Of a stretch of DNA of 64,000 nt, positions 39,269 through 52,100 are shown one piece after another. The notes under the pieces were generated by a model. That model ran no database searches and was not told where the DNA came from. It worked only from the letters and a program-made list of their open reading frames with translations. The stretch spans positions 7,995,225 to 8,059,224 of the forward strand of contig CM119269.1 of NCBI GenBank assembly GCA_051294375.1, written 5' to 3'. Numbering within the stretch: the stretch's first letter is position 1; every line of letters begins with the position of its first letter. Origin of the DNA: Paraspadella gotoi (taxonomy: Eukaryota; Animalia; Chaetognatha). The position numbers were made by a program, and so were the translations under genes.

Positions 39269-42200
39269 GAGAAGAGACAGAGAGAGAGAGAGAAAATGGA
39301 CTCCCTTTTCCCGCCAGAGGGCCTACGACGGAAGCGTCTTAGCGTCGGTTGGTGGCGTCGTCGTCGTCACACTCAACTATAGACTCGGACCCTTGGGATT
39401 CCTTTACCTCGGGATCCCTGGCGCGATGGGGAACCAGGGCCTGCATGATCAGGCGAGTCAATCGCAGAGCTTTTTTAAAATCAACTGTGAATTAATTGTA
39501 TATAATATATAATGCTAATATTATTTGGAAAACTAAATCATTATTAAATCTTTTTCAAAGTTTGCAACTAAAAGTAAAATAAACTTTAAAAAAAATCCGA
39601 ATCTAAAAAATTAAAGAAATAATCTGAACTGCTGCAATATGCAAATGAGATTGAAGAACTCGATCTCATTTGAAATGAACCACAAGTTACTTGGCTACAA
39701 TTCCAGTACCTGGCGCTGCAATGGGTCCGCAATCACATTCACTTGTTTCACGGAGACGCGGACTCAGTGACGATCGTGGGCGAAAGTGCTGGCGCCGGCG
39801 CCGCACATCTCCACCTACTCTCTCCCATCAGTCGATCTCTCTTTAAAAGGCGAGTCCGTATGTCTGGCTTGTCTGCCTGTCTTACCTGTCAGCACGGACA
39901 GGCTATCTAAATGACAGTTTCTATGTCTGGATGGCTGAGAAGCTGTTGTACTGGCGATATCTCTATCAATCGGTCTATGACTGTCCGTTGGGCAATCTGT
40001 CCGGCTGTCTGTGTCTGTCTCTCTGTTAGTATGTCCTAATTCCCCTCCTTCATCCTCCAGGGCCATTTTGTCGAGCGGCTCGGTGAACCGCGTCTGGTCT
40101 TACGCGACTCCCGGCGAGGCGCTCGCTTCCTCCAAATCCTTCGCGGAGATGTTCTGTGAGGATTGCGGAGGTCGGCCCCGATGCATCCTCGACTGCCTGA
40201 GGGACGACGAGCTTTGGACTTTGGATTTCACGAAGGTAATGTCTAATTTTTTTCCCCTGTAAAAATAACGGCCGAGCAGGCTTGCAGAAAAAAATGATAC
40301 AAACTCAGTTAACGTTCGTTAAACTCATTTGCATGTTATAGTAACAGAAGTTAATCGCTCGTGACTTACGTTTTTCGCCGTAGATAGATTTTAAAAACAC
40401 GCTTTAGGACACACACCGCTATTTAAAAAAAAAATTTAAAAAAAGGCTAAATTATTCTTCTATCTAAGTTAGAAGGGTAAACAAAACAAAACTATATCGA
40501 ATTTATGTACAAACAAACAAATTGCGTTACAGTCTTTTACGCTGTTATTTATACCGTCACCCTTCCAGTCTTTTTAAGCTGTTGTTGTTATTAAAAAATA
40601 TTACAGACACTATTGACTTCGTATGCTAAGAAAATAAACTTAGCCTTTGCTCATCCCAGACCCCCTCTCTTTCTCCATCACTCCCTCCTTCCAGTCGATG
40701 CCCTACATCTCCAGCAACATCTACATCCCCTTCGTCCCCGTCGTCGACGACTTCTTCGTGGTGGGCGACCCCGAAGTCAGCCGCACCTACGCCCCAGAGG
40801 TCGAGGTGCTGCTGGGCTGGTGCTCCAAGGAGACCTTGAATAACGCCATCTCTCAGTTGGCCTTTTTCGAGGAATCCAACCCGGGCGGCGGCTTGCTTGG
40901 CGGCGTCGGCAGCGGCGACGTGCTCGACACGCGGTTCCGCGAGGAGACTTACCGGTGTGTGGTGTTGTATTTTGTGTGGCCTTTTATAGTCCATGGTTAT
41001 TTTAGGTCTTGGAGTTAGTCTGCAATGTTTGCCATATGAAGCAAAGAGGGCGCTTTAAACAATAATTTTAGCCCTCAATATTCAATGCGTTCAAAACAAC
41101 GGAGAACGCAACAAACAACAAAAAAAGATCGCACATATATAAAATTTATTATTTAACTAACAATAACAGTCGGTTGTTCGGTTCCCCAGTTCCAGCAGAT
41201 ATTTTAAAACGCCGACGAAATCAAAATCCTTCTTTCCCTCCGGCCTCCACAATCGCCCTCTATGATCCATCTCCACCCCCGCCCCTTTCAACCAGCAACG
41301 CCTCCGTCTGGCCGCCCATCTACGCCCACTATTTCCCCCGCGGAATGGCGGACATCTACGCCCGTTGGCGCTGGGGCCGGGATCTGGACGGCCTCTCCGA
41401 CGAGCGGTTGGAGGTGCTGCTCCGCCTCCAGCGCGTCTTCCACGGAGAGAAGGAGGAGGGAGAGTTGTCGGAGGCGGAGGCGTTCGACATGAACAACGAA
41501 GGATACGACGACGTCATGTTCATTTGTCCGATGATCGAGATCGCCGAGGATATGGCCAAGAGAGAGGGGGTCAAGGTGGGTGGTTTGTGGTGGGGGGATT
41601 GGGTGGTTGAGGCGACCATTCTGGAGGGTGGGGTGCCAATTTGGGCGGGTGTCGGAGTGCGGGGAAAAGAACATCGAGATGGAAACGGGTAAGGAGACGA
41701 CGACGACTTTGAAAGAAAAAAAATAAAAGAGCAACGACATAAGGAAGTTTGAGAATTTTTAGTTGAAGTTTAACATTAATTTTAATTTTTTTGTTCTAGA
41801 GGTAATAACGAAAAATCCGTTGTAACAGCAAATCAATGATTTCATTTGCTGATGAAGACTCGTAATAAGAGTCGAAACATGTCCATTATAAATATAATAA
41901 TAAAAACTAAATTGCTGTTACAACGGATTTTTCGTTATTACCTCTAAACTAATTCAAACAGCAAAAAGAAAGTCAAAATACAATTTTTTTGTTCAAATCT
42001 TCACTTTTTAATTTCGTCTGATTTTTTTTTTTGATATGTCATTTTTTAGGACAGATTTGATTATTTTATCATTTTTTTCCCATTCGATCCTAAACTGGAT
42101 TTTTATGAAATTCGACTTTTTGACGTTTGACTTTTTCGAAATCGAAAGAGGACTTTTTCCTTTTTGAAATGCCCACCCACAAAAATGACATAGTGATGAC

Positions 42201-43153
42201 ACAAAAATGACACATTACTGATAAGAAACAGAGGAAACGAGGAAAAGAGACAAGAAGAAGAAAAAGAAGAAGAAGAAGAAGAAGAAGAAAATGAAGAATA
42301 AGACCCCCTCCGACTTTGCAGGTCTACGTCTACGAGTTCGACCACAACCTCGCAGCCCTTCCGTCCTGGATGCGCGCCCATCACGGCACGCACCTGCCGC
42401 TCCTTTTCGGTCGCGTGCTCGATCCCGATCGGCTCTACTTGCAAAGGTCATTGTGCTACATTTCTTTTCTCGCGTTCATCGTTACACTACGATTCTGAGT
42501 TTTAAGTAGCAAGTTATGAATTGTTTATGCTTTGCTGTGTTTTATTTTATTTCCGGGCTTTTTGCTTATTAGTTGGTCAATAGTCTTATCATAGTATCAT
42601 TTGCACCACATGGGGCAAATATGTCTCGTTCTCTCTCCCTATTTTCTTTCTCTTTTCCTCATAACTTTTCCTCCGTTTCAAATTTAATTTTCTCCCTTCT
42701 CTGCTACGAATCTTTTCTCACGCCCTCCTACCTTTTCTACCACCTCTTTCCACCCTTTTCCACCTCCCAAAATCCCCTTTTACTACCCTAACCACCCACA
42801 GCAACGGCCGCCCCATCCCTTACTCCGACGCCGACCAATCTACGAGTCGTCTCCTCATCGACGAGTGGACGAACTTCGTCAAAACCGGCGCGCCATCTTC
42901 CGAGTGGCGCCCTTTTACCAGCCGGCGCCCTCTCGTCCGAGTCTACGACGCCGACACCTCGCGACCTCTGCGGCTCCTTCCAAAGCGGCGCCACCGGCGC
43001 TGCGCCTTTTACGACGACGTCTTCCGGGTGTTGACGGCGCCGGGGAGGAGTAAGGAGACGACGCCGGCGGAGGGGGCGTGGTTAGAGGAGGAGGAGAAAG
43101 AGTTGGGGTGGATGGGTTTGGATGGTGGTGGCGGTGATCGTAGGATGGGTTAA
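38208..43153 (+). CDS. Secreted type-B carboxylesterase / cholinesterase-like protein (~652 aa, 10 exons)
   Basis: Exons 38208-38268, 38573-38917, 39085-39167, 39318-39452, 39707-39849, 40061-40235, 40695-40954, 41296-41575, 42322-42446, 42802-43153. Signal peptide, [50 protein letters not shown]. The C-terminus could instead be spliced at a GTAAGG near 43050. Confidence 0.9.
41797..41946 (+). mobile_element. Penelope-like pLTR remnant with minimal hammerhead ribozyme
   Basis: Perfect 35-bp inverted repeat (41797-41831 / 41912-41946) enclosing CTGATGA-A-GACTC-GTAATAA-GAGTC-GAAAC-ATGTC (41849-41883). Confidence 0.78.
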
Positions 43154-43162
43154 AGGGGGAGA

Positions 43163-43225
<63 letters not shown>

Positions 43226-43448
43226 ACTAAGGGTTAGAAAAGGATTCAGGCTAGAGAGGACAAAAAAAAATAAGAGAGATATACACAGAAAAAAAGATCG
43301 ACTGTTTACCCGACAGAGAGACGGACAGACAGACAGACAGACAAATGAAAATGACAAAAAATTATTTCGTCCTCGAGATTTATTAATTGAGCCCAACGTT
43401 TGTGAGGGAGAGAAGGAGAGAGAGAGAGTGAGAGAGAGTGAGAGAGAG

Positions 43449-43497
<49 letters not shown>

Positions 43498-43590
43498 GAG
43501 AGAGAGAGAGGTGAGAGAGAGAGAGAGAGATGAACGATAATCCATTCCAACTCCAAGTCTGCGGTTGAGCGGCTCCGACTTTTTCCGCCT

Positions 43591-45952
43591 TCAAGAGAAG
43601 ATCTTTGTCACGAGAATGTCCACCATGTCGTCGTAGTTGTTGTCATTTCCATCATTGGCGCCGATGGCTTCATCTTTATCGCTGTCGCTGTCGTCATTGT
43701 TTCCGCTGCTGTTGTTATTGTTTTTGTTGATGTTGTTATTATTAAGATTGTCGTTGTTTTCCCTTTTGGTGATGTTGTTATTCTTGATGATGTTGTTGTT
43801 ATTGAGATTGTCGGTGTTTTCCCTTTTGTTGTTGTTGTTGTTGTTGTTGTTTTTGTTGTTGTTGTTGTTGAGATTGTCGTTGTTTTCCTTTTTGCTGTTG
43901 TTGTTTTGATTGATGAAGAGAAGGCTGTCGCTTGTTTCGTCTCCGTCTTTCGTGACTTCGTACCTAAAAACATTTTATTTTTTAGAAAAAAACAAAAAAA
44001 CACTTCATCGTCATCGCCCTGTAGAACAGAATTAGAAAAAAGATCGAAATATACATATATAGTTTATCATTCACGGAAAATCGAAACAATACGCTGTCTT
44101 ATTTCTAGGGATGCAGCTTGAGAGAGATAAAATGTCGATACCCTAGCGAAATAAATAGATAAATAGGGATCGACAGACAGATAGACGGATAGACCCCAAA
44201 TGACGAACCATTTGTAGAAGAAAGTAAAGAGCTCCATCTCGTTGACGGGCAATTGCTGTAGCGTGACGATCTCCAGCATGATGGGGTCGTTGACGTCGAA
44301 AAATTCGATGTCTGGAGAGAAACATCCTCTGCGGGAGAGGATTGAATAAAAGATGAATGGTTGCGGGGCCTTAGTTTTCCAGAACGCCCCGTTTCATTTT
44401 AAATTTTGAATTCATTTTATTTTTTTTAGTTGAAGATTAAGGTTAGCGTCGCCTTCAGGAAATCCTAAGACTATAAATAATAAAAGACGGGATTTCGATG
44501 CAGTGCGTGTCATAAATACTCGGGCTAAGAAAGTTATTGTAATCTTGTAGTCATGTCACGAGAAATTCGCGTGAAAATAAAGTCATTGTGGCGCAACACA
44601 TTGGATGAACCGATCTTGTTTTCTCTTTAACCCTTAAACCACCAAAGCCTGTCCAAAGTCAGGGGCAAGATAGCTTATTTATTAAATGAATGGATAATTT
44701 TTATATTGGTTGTACCAATTTCATAAAATTTCTTGTATTTTGATGCTAGTGCGGAGTACAATAATTATTCCCCGATCTAATACTTAAGGGAGTGGTCTTT
44801 TCATACAATTGAAACATTCTTTGAAATATTTTCCGCACTTCATTGATAGGGAAGCCAGGTACTCTGGGAGTGAATAAACGAGACTGTGAGAGAGTCTTGA
44901 TTGAAAGCTTGCAGGACCTGCTATGTCATTATCTTGTAAGAGTGATGGAGGCTTAACCACCAAAGGCCTGTCCAAAGTCAGGGGCAAGATAGCTTAATTT
45001 ATAAATGAATGGATAATTTTTATATTGGTTGTAAACCAATTTTCATACTTATCGAAACTTTTCGTCTTTCTTTTCTCCATCTTTTTACTTTCCTTTCCTT
45101 CACTTTCCTCCGCTAATTCCTTCATCGCGTCTTTTCTCCATCTCTCCTTTCCGCCATCCTCTATCACTCCTTCCTTCAGGACTCCACTTCTCTTTAACTC
45201 CATTTCTCCTCTTTTTCCCCTTCACTCCTTCTCTTCATCTCTCCTTCTTCTCTCTCTCTCTCTCTCTTCCCTCCTCTTTCCCCTCTTCCCCTATCCACCC
45301 ACCCACCCACCCACCCACCTGTTCATCCTGATGATCTCCAAACATCTCCTCTTCAAAATCTCGTCCTCCATCTCCAACGCTTCGTTGAGGTAAAGGTAGA
45401 CGTTGTGAGCGCTGAGTCGCTGCCGCAGGAATTTCTTGCAGGCGCGTTCCAGGCCTGGGATTTGGTAGATGCGAGCCAGGCGGATCAGGCGCTGTCGTCT
45501 GAAGGAAAGTGGACGAATCGTCTCCTTGTAGTGAAAGTGTCACAGGCGATTGTGAATAAGCGATCGGCGATTGGTGATTAAAGTCTGATATTAGTTCAAT
45601 GATAATTTTTTTGGGAAGGTAAGTAATTAAATAAAGGAATAAAATGGCGGTTTCCTTATTTTTTCGTTCTGTTTGGTAAAATAATTACTGAAGTTTATAA
45701 TTTTAGTAATATAATATACCATTTATTGACACCCTATTTTATTTAACCTGAGCGGAGTAATGGATTTCAAACTGACATCGCGAAAATAAAGATAACGAAT
45801 GAGAATCTCGAAATCCGATCGACGAAAGTCAACGTTGTTGATTTCAACGATCACCTGATAAATTTAAAAAGGACAATACAATTGTATCGTCATCATCGTC
45901 GTCGACAATCGGTCCTCTCTCTCTCCTCCTCTCTCCTCTCTCTCTCTCTTCT

Positions 45953-46000
<48 letters not shown>

Positions 46001-46339
46001 CTACTCTCTCTCCTTCTCTCTCTCGACCTGCCCCATTCTCGTTAAACTCTCAGAGATCCTTTTGGGGCTTCTTTCCTCGATCATTGGTCGCCGAGGACAG
46101 GAGCTTCAGTGACCAACGATAAGGGAGGATGACAGATGAGTGGCAGTGTTTCCCTCCCTCGTCGGAGTGGTCTACTGGGATAGAGAGGGGGGGGAGAGAG
46201 GAGAGAGAGAGAGAAGAACGGTTCATAATACTATAAGTAGAGAGTTGGTATAAGTTTATACTAATGTAAACTGTAGGTCCATATTAATACATTTGACTGT
46301 ATGTAAAAAAAAAAGAGAGAGAGAGAGAGAAAGTAAGAT

Positions 46340-46388
<49 letters not shown>

Positions 46389-47310
46389 GAAGAGAGAGAG
46401 ATAGAGAGAGAGAAAAAAAGAAAAAAAAAGAAATCCAGCAAAGCTGCTTTTTCACTTCAGTCAGGGGCAAAAATGACGCGAAATTTTGACCCAAGAAAAG
46501 ACAATGGCTGATGGCGAAATTTTGTTGACAGCAACGACGACGACAACGAAGACGACGACGACGACGACAACGACCACAAAGGAAATCCATAACGACAACG
46601 AAAACCGACAACAACGACAACGAAAACGGACTTGAACTCAACGTCGAGCGTCTTCTTCCCTCGATTCCACAAGGAGGCGCCGAGGTCTTCGTTCGGCGAA
46701 TCGAGAATCGGATTGAGACGATACGACTTCTTCTTGTCTGGAGGATAGTTTACGGAGGGCGGGATATACTAATGGGATAATTAAATCATAACTGATAATT
46801 AAAGAACAATGAAACAATCATTTTCCCCAAAACAATACGAAAATGAATTCTGATCCAAAGTGAGTCGAGGCGAGTTTTTTTTTTTTCTCTCTCTTTCTTT
46901 TCTTTTCTCTCACCATCTTTCAGCCTCGGTTTCGCCGGAGTCTTTGCCACTTCCTCTTCTCCCTGGTTAGCATTCCTCATTCCGGTTTGCCATCCCGCCG
47001 ACGGCGCCGGCCCGCGCGCCGCTCGCTCCTCGCTCTCTTGACCGGCGTTGAAGTTACGACCCGCGCCGCGAATCGCGGATGGGCGCGATTTGCTTTCGCC
47101 CGCGGCCGCCGACGGCGCCGGTTTTGGGCTCTTGGCGCTGGCCGGGGCGCCGGAGCTCGTGCTGCCCTTTTTCTTCTTGGCGGCGGTATTTTCCGATTTG
47201 TTGTTCTTCCGATTTCTGTTGTAGTTGTATTCCATGCGTCGCCGAAAGTCGTCGTTGTAGTCGCCGTCGCCGTTGTCGTCGTCGTCGTCCTCGTCTCCGA
47301 GAAAGAACAT
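43591..47310 (-). CDS. BTB-BACK domain protein (BTBD1/2/3/6-like core) with Asn-rich C-terminal tail
   Basis: Exons 47310-46914, 46737-46632, 46174-46028 (frame-disrupted), 45854-45748, 45498-45319, 44328-44209, 43963-43591. FEILIRYLY..ARIYQIPGLERACKKFL..LSAHNVYLYL..CLEII..EMELFTFFYKW match BTB/BACK. Confidence 0.78.
44632..45047 (+). mobile_element. Repeat family 3, head-to-tail ~319-bp tandem with twister-like ribozyme
   Basis: 44635-44724 is repeated at 44954-45047. Full twister-like fold at 44930-44991; the first copy begins within a few nt of the predicted cleavage site. Confidence 0.8.
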
Positions 47311-48559
47311 TGTCTACGATATCTCTATCGTTTTTAAGTTCGAAATTTGAGAAATTTAAAAAAAAAAAATTAAATAAAAACTACGAAAAACTATGAGAAA
47401 GTGGATCGTTTTAAAATAAAATTTTAGAGAGAGATTTTTATAAAAGAATTCTAATAGGATTATTACTTTAATAGTAATCCCCGTATAAGAAAAGACTTCT
47501 ATTCTGGGCTTTTAAAAATTTAAAGTTTTTTTTTTTCATGAGGGAAGGCCCATGAGTCGCTGTGACAACTAATCACAAATGTTATAGATGATCACAAGTA
47601 TTAAAAATGGTCGCATTAAACTTTGAAATTTAAAGGCAGCGCAAATGAACTAGTGCGAACATTCGGCGAACCTTATAACTTTTTAAAGACTATGTCTAAA
47701 TTTCTAGTTTTATTAATTATATTCAAAATTCGAAAAAAAAGAAGAAATTAATTAATTATAAATCTTTCAGGTAAATACAAAAATAAATAAATAAATAAAT
47801 AAATAGAAAAATATCCATATTACTCTAACATTACTCAGGTCGTTTCAATGAGACAAACAAAAAGTCAAATAATCGTAAAGTTGAAATAAACGCCTCGATT
47901 CTGAACTTAGTCTCAAAAAAAATATTTTCCATTGTATTGTATTGTATTGTATTTATTCATTCATTGACTCCCAATTTACTTGTTGTCTTTTGTTTGTTGA
48001 TATCTCTTCGCAAAGAGTTGACCCTCTCTGGAGGAAAAAAAAAACTAGTTGCTATTTTGTTCGTCAAAATGGAACGAATGTTCATGATGCCCGGGCAGAT
48101 TTCATGAGGCAATCAGTGGCCTAGTTGATTCATTTTTGTTGCTATAGTAACAAGTTACACAGAAATGTTTCTGATCTTTGCTCTTCGAGACGAATATTCG
48201 ACATAAGAAAACGTTCTTTTACGTTTTTTTATTATCACAAATCGATACGATCAAAATAAAGTTTTCTACCTATAAAGAAATATCAGAGACAGAGGAATAT
48301 ATTTATAAATTGTTCTAACGATTTAATGGCGGATTAAACTAAACAAATCGAAAACGAACATTAAATTATTTGATTGATGTGTAAATGCAAAATAGATTAT
48401 GAGTTAATTTATGTTTTCAAAAAAAATTAGTTCCTCGTTTTAAACAACAAATAAGCAAAATCGGACAAAGAGTCACGATTTTTTAAATGTAACCAATCAA
48501 CCGTCGCGACCAGTTTTTCCTGACCCTTTCGAATCCACGACAACTTTCGCGGCGCCGAG

Positions 48560-48808
48560 ATGGCGTCGTCCGGCCCCGGAGCCGGCACCGGAGACGGATT
48601 CCCCGGCGCCAGTCGCTACTTGGATCGACTGCAGATGGAACGGTTTTACCAACTCCACCGCGCCAAGCTGGCCGAGCAGTCGACGACCCTGGACACGACG
48701 TCACCAAAGGAATTTCCTCATCTCTTTTTTAATCTAAAGAAATTGCAGAAGGAAGAGGAGCAAATGGCGCAGGTTTGTAAATTGTTTTGTGCAAAGATAC
48801 TGTGTGGC

Positions 48809-48847
<39 letters not shown>

Positions 48848-49117
48848 GAGAGAGAGAGGAGAGAGAGGAGAGAGAGAGCGGAGAGAGAGAGAGAGAGAGA
48901 GAGAGAAGAGAGAGAGAGAAAAAGAAAAGAGATAGAGAGAATGAGAGAGAGGAGAGAGAGAGAGAGAGAGAGGTGACGAGAGAGAGAAGTGAGAGAGAGA
49001 TTAGAGAAGAGAGAGAGAAATGAGAGAGAGACAACAGACAAGAGATAGAGATAGACTCCACCACACTATCACACTCCTTCTCCCTTCTCCATTTCCCAGG
49101 TGGAATACGAAAACGAG

Positions 49118-49159
<42 letters not shown>

Positions 49160-52100
49160 CGAGAGAGAGAGAGAGAGAAGAGAAAGAGAAGAAGAGAGAG
49201 AGAGGAGAGAGATAGAGAGATACACACAAAGAGATAGAGATAGACTCCACCACACTCTCACCATTCTCCCTTCTCCATTTCCCAGGTGGAATACGAAAAC
49301 GCAGTGATGATGGCCCACGTGGAAGGAATCCTTTCCGGTCCCGGAAGAATCGACAATTGGAACTTTTATTTGACCAAAAGTTTAAACAGGGACGCGAGAG
49401 TCAAGGAGCAGGTGAGGCGAAGGAGACAAATCGGGACCGCTCATTTTATTTTGTTTTTTTTAACAAAGAACCGAATTCTTAGTACAATAGTAAAATAGTA
49501 CAATAGTACAAAATTCCGTAGATATCCTTTTATCCGTTGACGCCGGCGAAGAAATTCGACGTAAGAAATGTCAAATGTTAGTATTTTTCCTACTTTTATG
49601 TTAGTTTAAATATTCCCTTACATCCTTTGGTTTCCGGCTGTGACCAAGTATCAATTTCAAGTAAATTTCAAACAATAAAAATATCAAGAAAATTTCGAGC
49701 CTCTCCGCCGCTTCTTCCGCCTGCCTAATCGGTCGGCGCCGATTCTTCTGTCCCGGCGCTGCTGAGAGTCGCGAAGTAAAGAGTCTGCCACGCCCGGTGC
49801 CGCGTCTGTGCCGCTGAGTTAGACCGCCTCTCTTCACAAAAACATTATCAAGACTTAAGAGGGCCGCATCAAGATTGAAGTTTATTCTGTTTACGCTAAT
49901 AAAAAGTTCTGTTTATGGTGGACTAAAATCCACCAACCGTTCATCAGCGGCCATTGATGCCGGAGGCAAGTCATTCGCCTCCCAACCCAAAGGTCCGGGG
50001 TTCTAGCCCCGTGGCCGCCTAGCAGTTAAGAGGGACGGGGCTCTTAACCCGCCTGTAACATGGTGTTACAGCCTGATCCGAAGCTCAGGGACTGTTTATA
50101 TTGAATGCTTCTGTCACTAACAAATAACAATTATCACTGTCTCTTCATGTTATTATTTTGTGGGTTAACAATTTTTCAAAAAATACAAAGTTTCAAAAAT
50201 AGAAAAGGGAATAGAATATATGCAAAAAAATAAAATAAAAAAATAGAGAAAAACGACAAATGGGAGGAAAAAATAGAATTTTGTTGCGGTTACGTCATCA
50301 GAGAGCAAAAGCGCCTTTTTTCGTGTAACACATGGTCAATTGGTCAATGACTTATTTATTTATAAACATAACATAAATAAACGTTTGTTGTGCATGTGAA
50401 TCATACTTGTGAAGCCACCTAATCATCTGGTTGTTTATAAAGGGTGAAAATGGCGTTGGAATTTTTTTCATTAACCTTTTGAAAATTGAAAATTGCTGAT
50501 GGATAATGAACTGAGAAGGTGAACAGATGGTTCCGCATCGGCTGGTTGATCGTCTTCGTCACGGCTTGGCACCGTCATGACTTATTAAAGTTAGGGTGAG
50601 TCAAATAACTGATTTTCGGAAGCAACGAAATTGTTTTATACAATAAGGATTCATGTTTGTAAATGATAATATCATATAGTGTTAGACGATACTTATACAA
50701 CTTTCATGAACAGTTAATCAGAAGGCTGTGGAATGTGGATTGTGAATTGTGGAAAAGGCGCTAAGTGGGCAGAAGATAAAGTCCACCATCATATTTATTA
50801 TAGTCGGTGTTATAACAAAAAAATTATTTAAATACAAAATTTATCGACAATTTATATATAAAATTATATAATCATTTAGAAAAATAATTTTGATGCTTAA
50901 AAATTAAACGATAGTTTTCAATAGAATTGCTAAAACAAATTATTATTCAAAAAAATTTCATAAAATTCAGCTCCTTGTATTTTGATGCTGGACGGAGTAC
51001 AATATAGTATTCCCCGATCTAATACTTAAGGAAGCCAGGTACTCTGGGAGTGAATAAAGGAGACTGTGAGAGAGTCTTGATTGAAAGCTTGCCGGGACCT
51101 GCTATGCTTGTAAGAGTGATGGAGGCCTTAAACCACCAAAGCTTATTTATTAAATGAATGGATAATTATTATATTGGTTGTACCAATTTCATATATAAAC
51201 TAAGCTAGGAGAACATTGGCCACCTCACTTTAATTAGTTACGTCGCTCGTACTTGCGGAGCAATTCTATTTCAGTCACTTTTCCGACGGTCGGTCGGTCG
51301 GTAATCTGTCAATTTACGCTTGAAATGCTGAAAATATTGGTTTACATTTTGTTGGAAGAAAAGATGCTATGAAATCTTTAATATTCATATATGTGTCATA
51401 CTTGTTCACTGTTCAATGTGTTCAATGTTCTGTCACATTATCACTTAATAAAGTGAAATACTAAATTATTTTTGTTAATATTCAATTGAGTGGTTAAGTA
51501 TCATTAACTCTAAATCCTATATCTGATAGCAAGAACCATAAAACTTACATGTCTAATGCTTCTTGTACCAATATTTAATACTTATATAACTGTTGTAAGT
51601 ATGTGTTATCAGAAATTTAATGCGGTATAGTTTGGTCATTTTAGTTAATATTTTACAAATAAGTGATAAACCTTAAGATGCTTATTGTGCATATATTTCA
51701 TACTTATAAATTATATATATATAAAGTATATAAACCATCAGAAAATGCGCGATCGAAAGAAAATCGCCACGCCTTGAACTTGCCGGTTCTTGTTCTTGAT
51801 GAAGTCGATTTTTGACATTCTCCTTCGATCGTCTGTGACATGTCGCCTCGCCCCTTTTACCAGAACTAAGCAGATTATTTTATTTAAAAAAAATATATAT
51901 ATTTCCTGACCCATTTCCCGATCAAATCGATTGACATGTCCGGACCGAGTTTGACTCGCGACTTCCCTCTTCTCTTTAACCTCCTTCTTCGAGTCCTGGA
52001 TTTGGGTTCAGACTGGAACGCAGTCATTCGTTTCTTAAAATCCTTTAAAATTTTCGAGAACATTTCCGGTTTGGGACTCATCGTCGTCATAGCCAATCAT

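Noticed and set aside
46028-46174. Stops/frameshifts in BTB exon 3 suggesting a pseudogene or recoding
   Set aside because: Removing a few single bases restores a BTB-like LICHSLIVG.EAPVL..MIE. Nearby microsatellites show the same stutter, so read errors are more likely.
49040-49300. Duplicated acceptor + first 15 nt of CFAP97D exon 2 (possible alternative exon)
   Set aside because: The first copy runs straight into (AG)n; it is most likely a local duplication or assembly artefact between microsatellites.
49947-50018. Functional tRNA-Gly(CCC) gene
   Set aside because: The anticodon stem does not pair and the unit is part of a dispersed repeat; treated as a SINE head.
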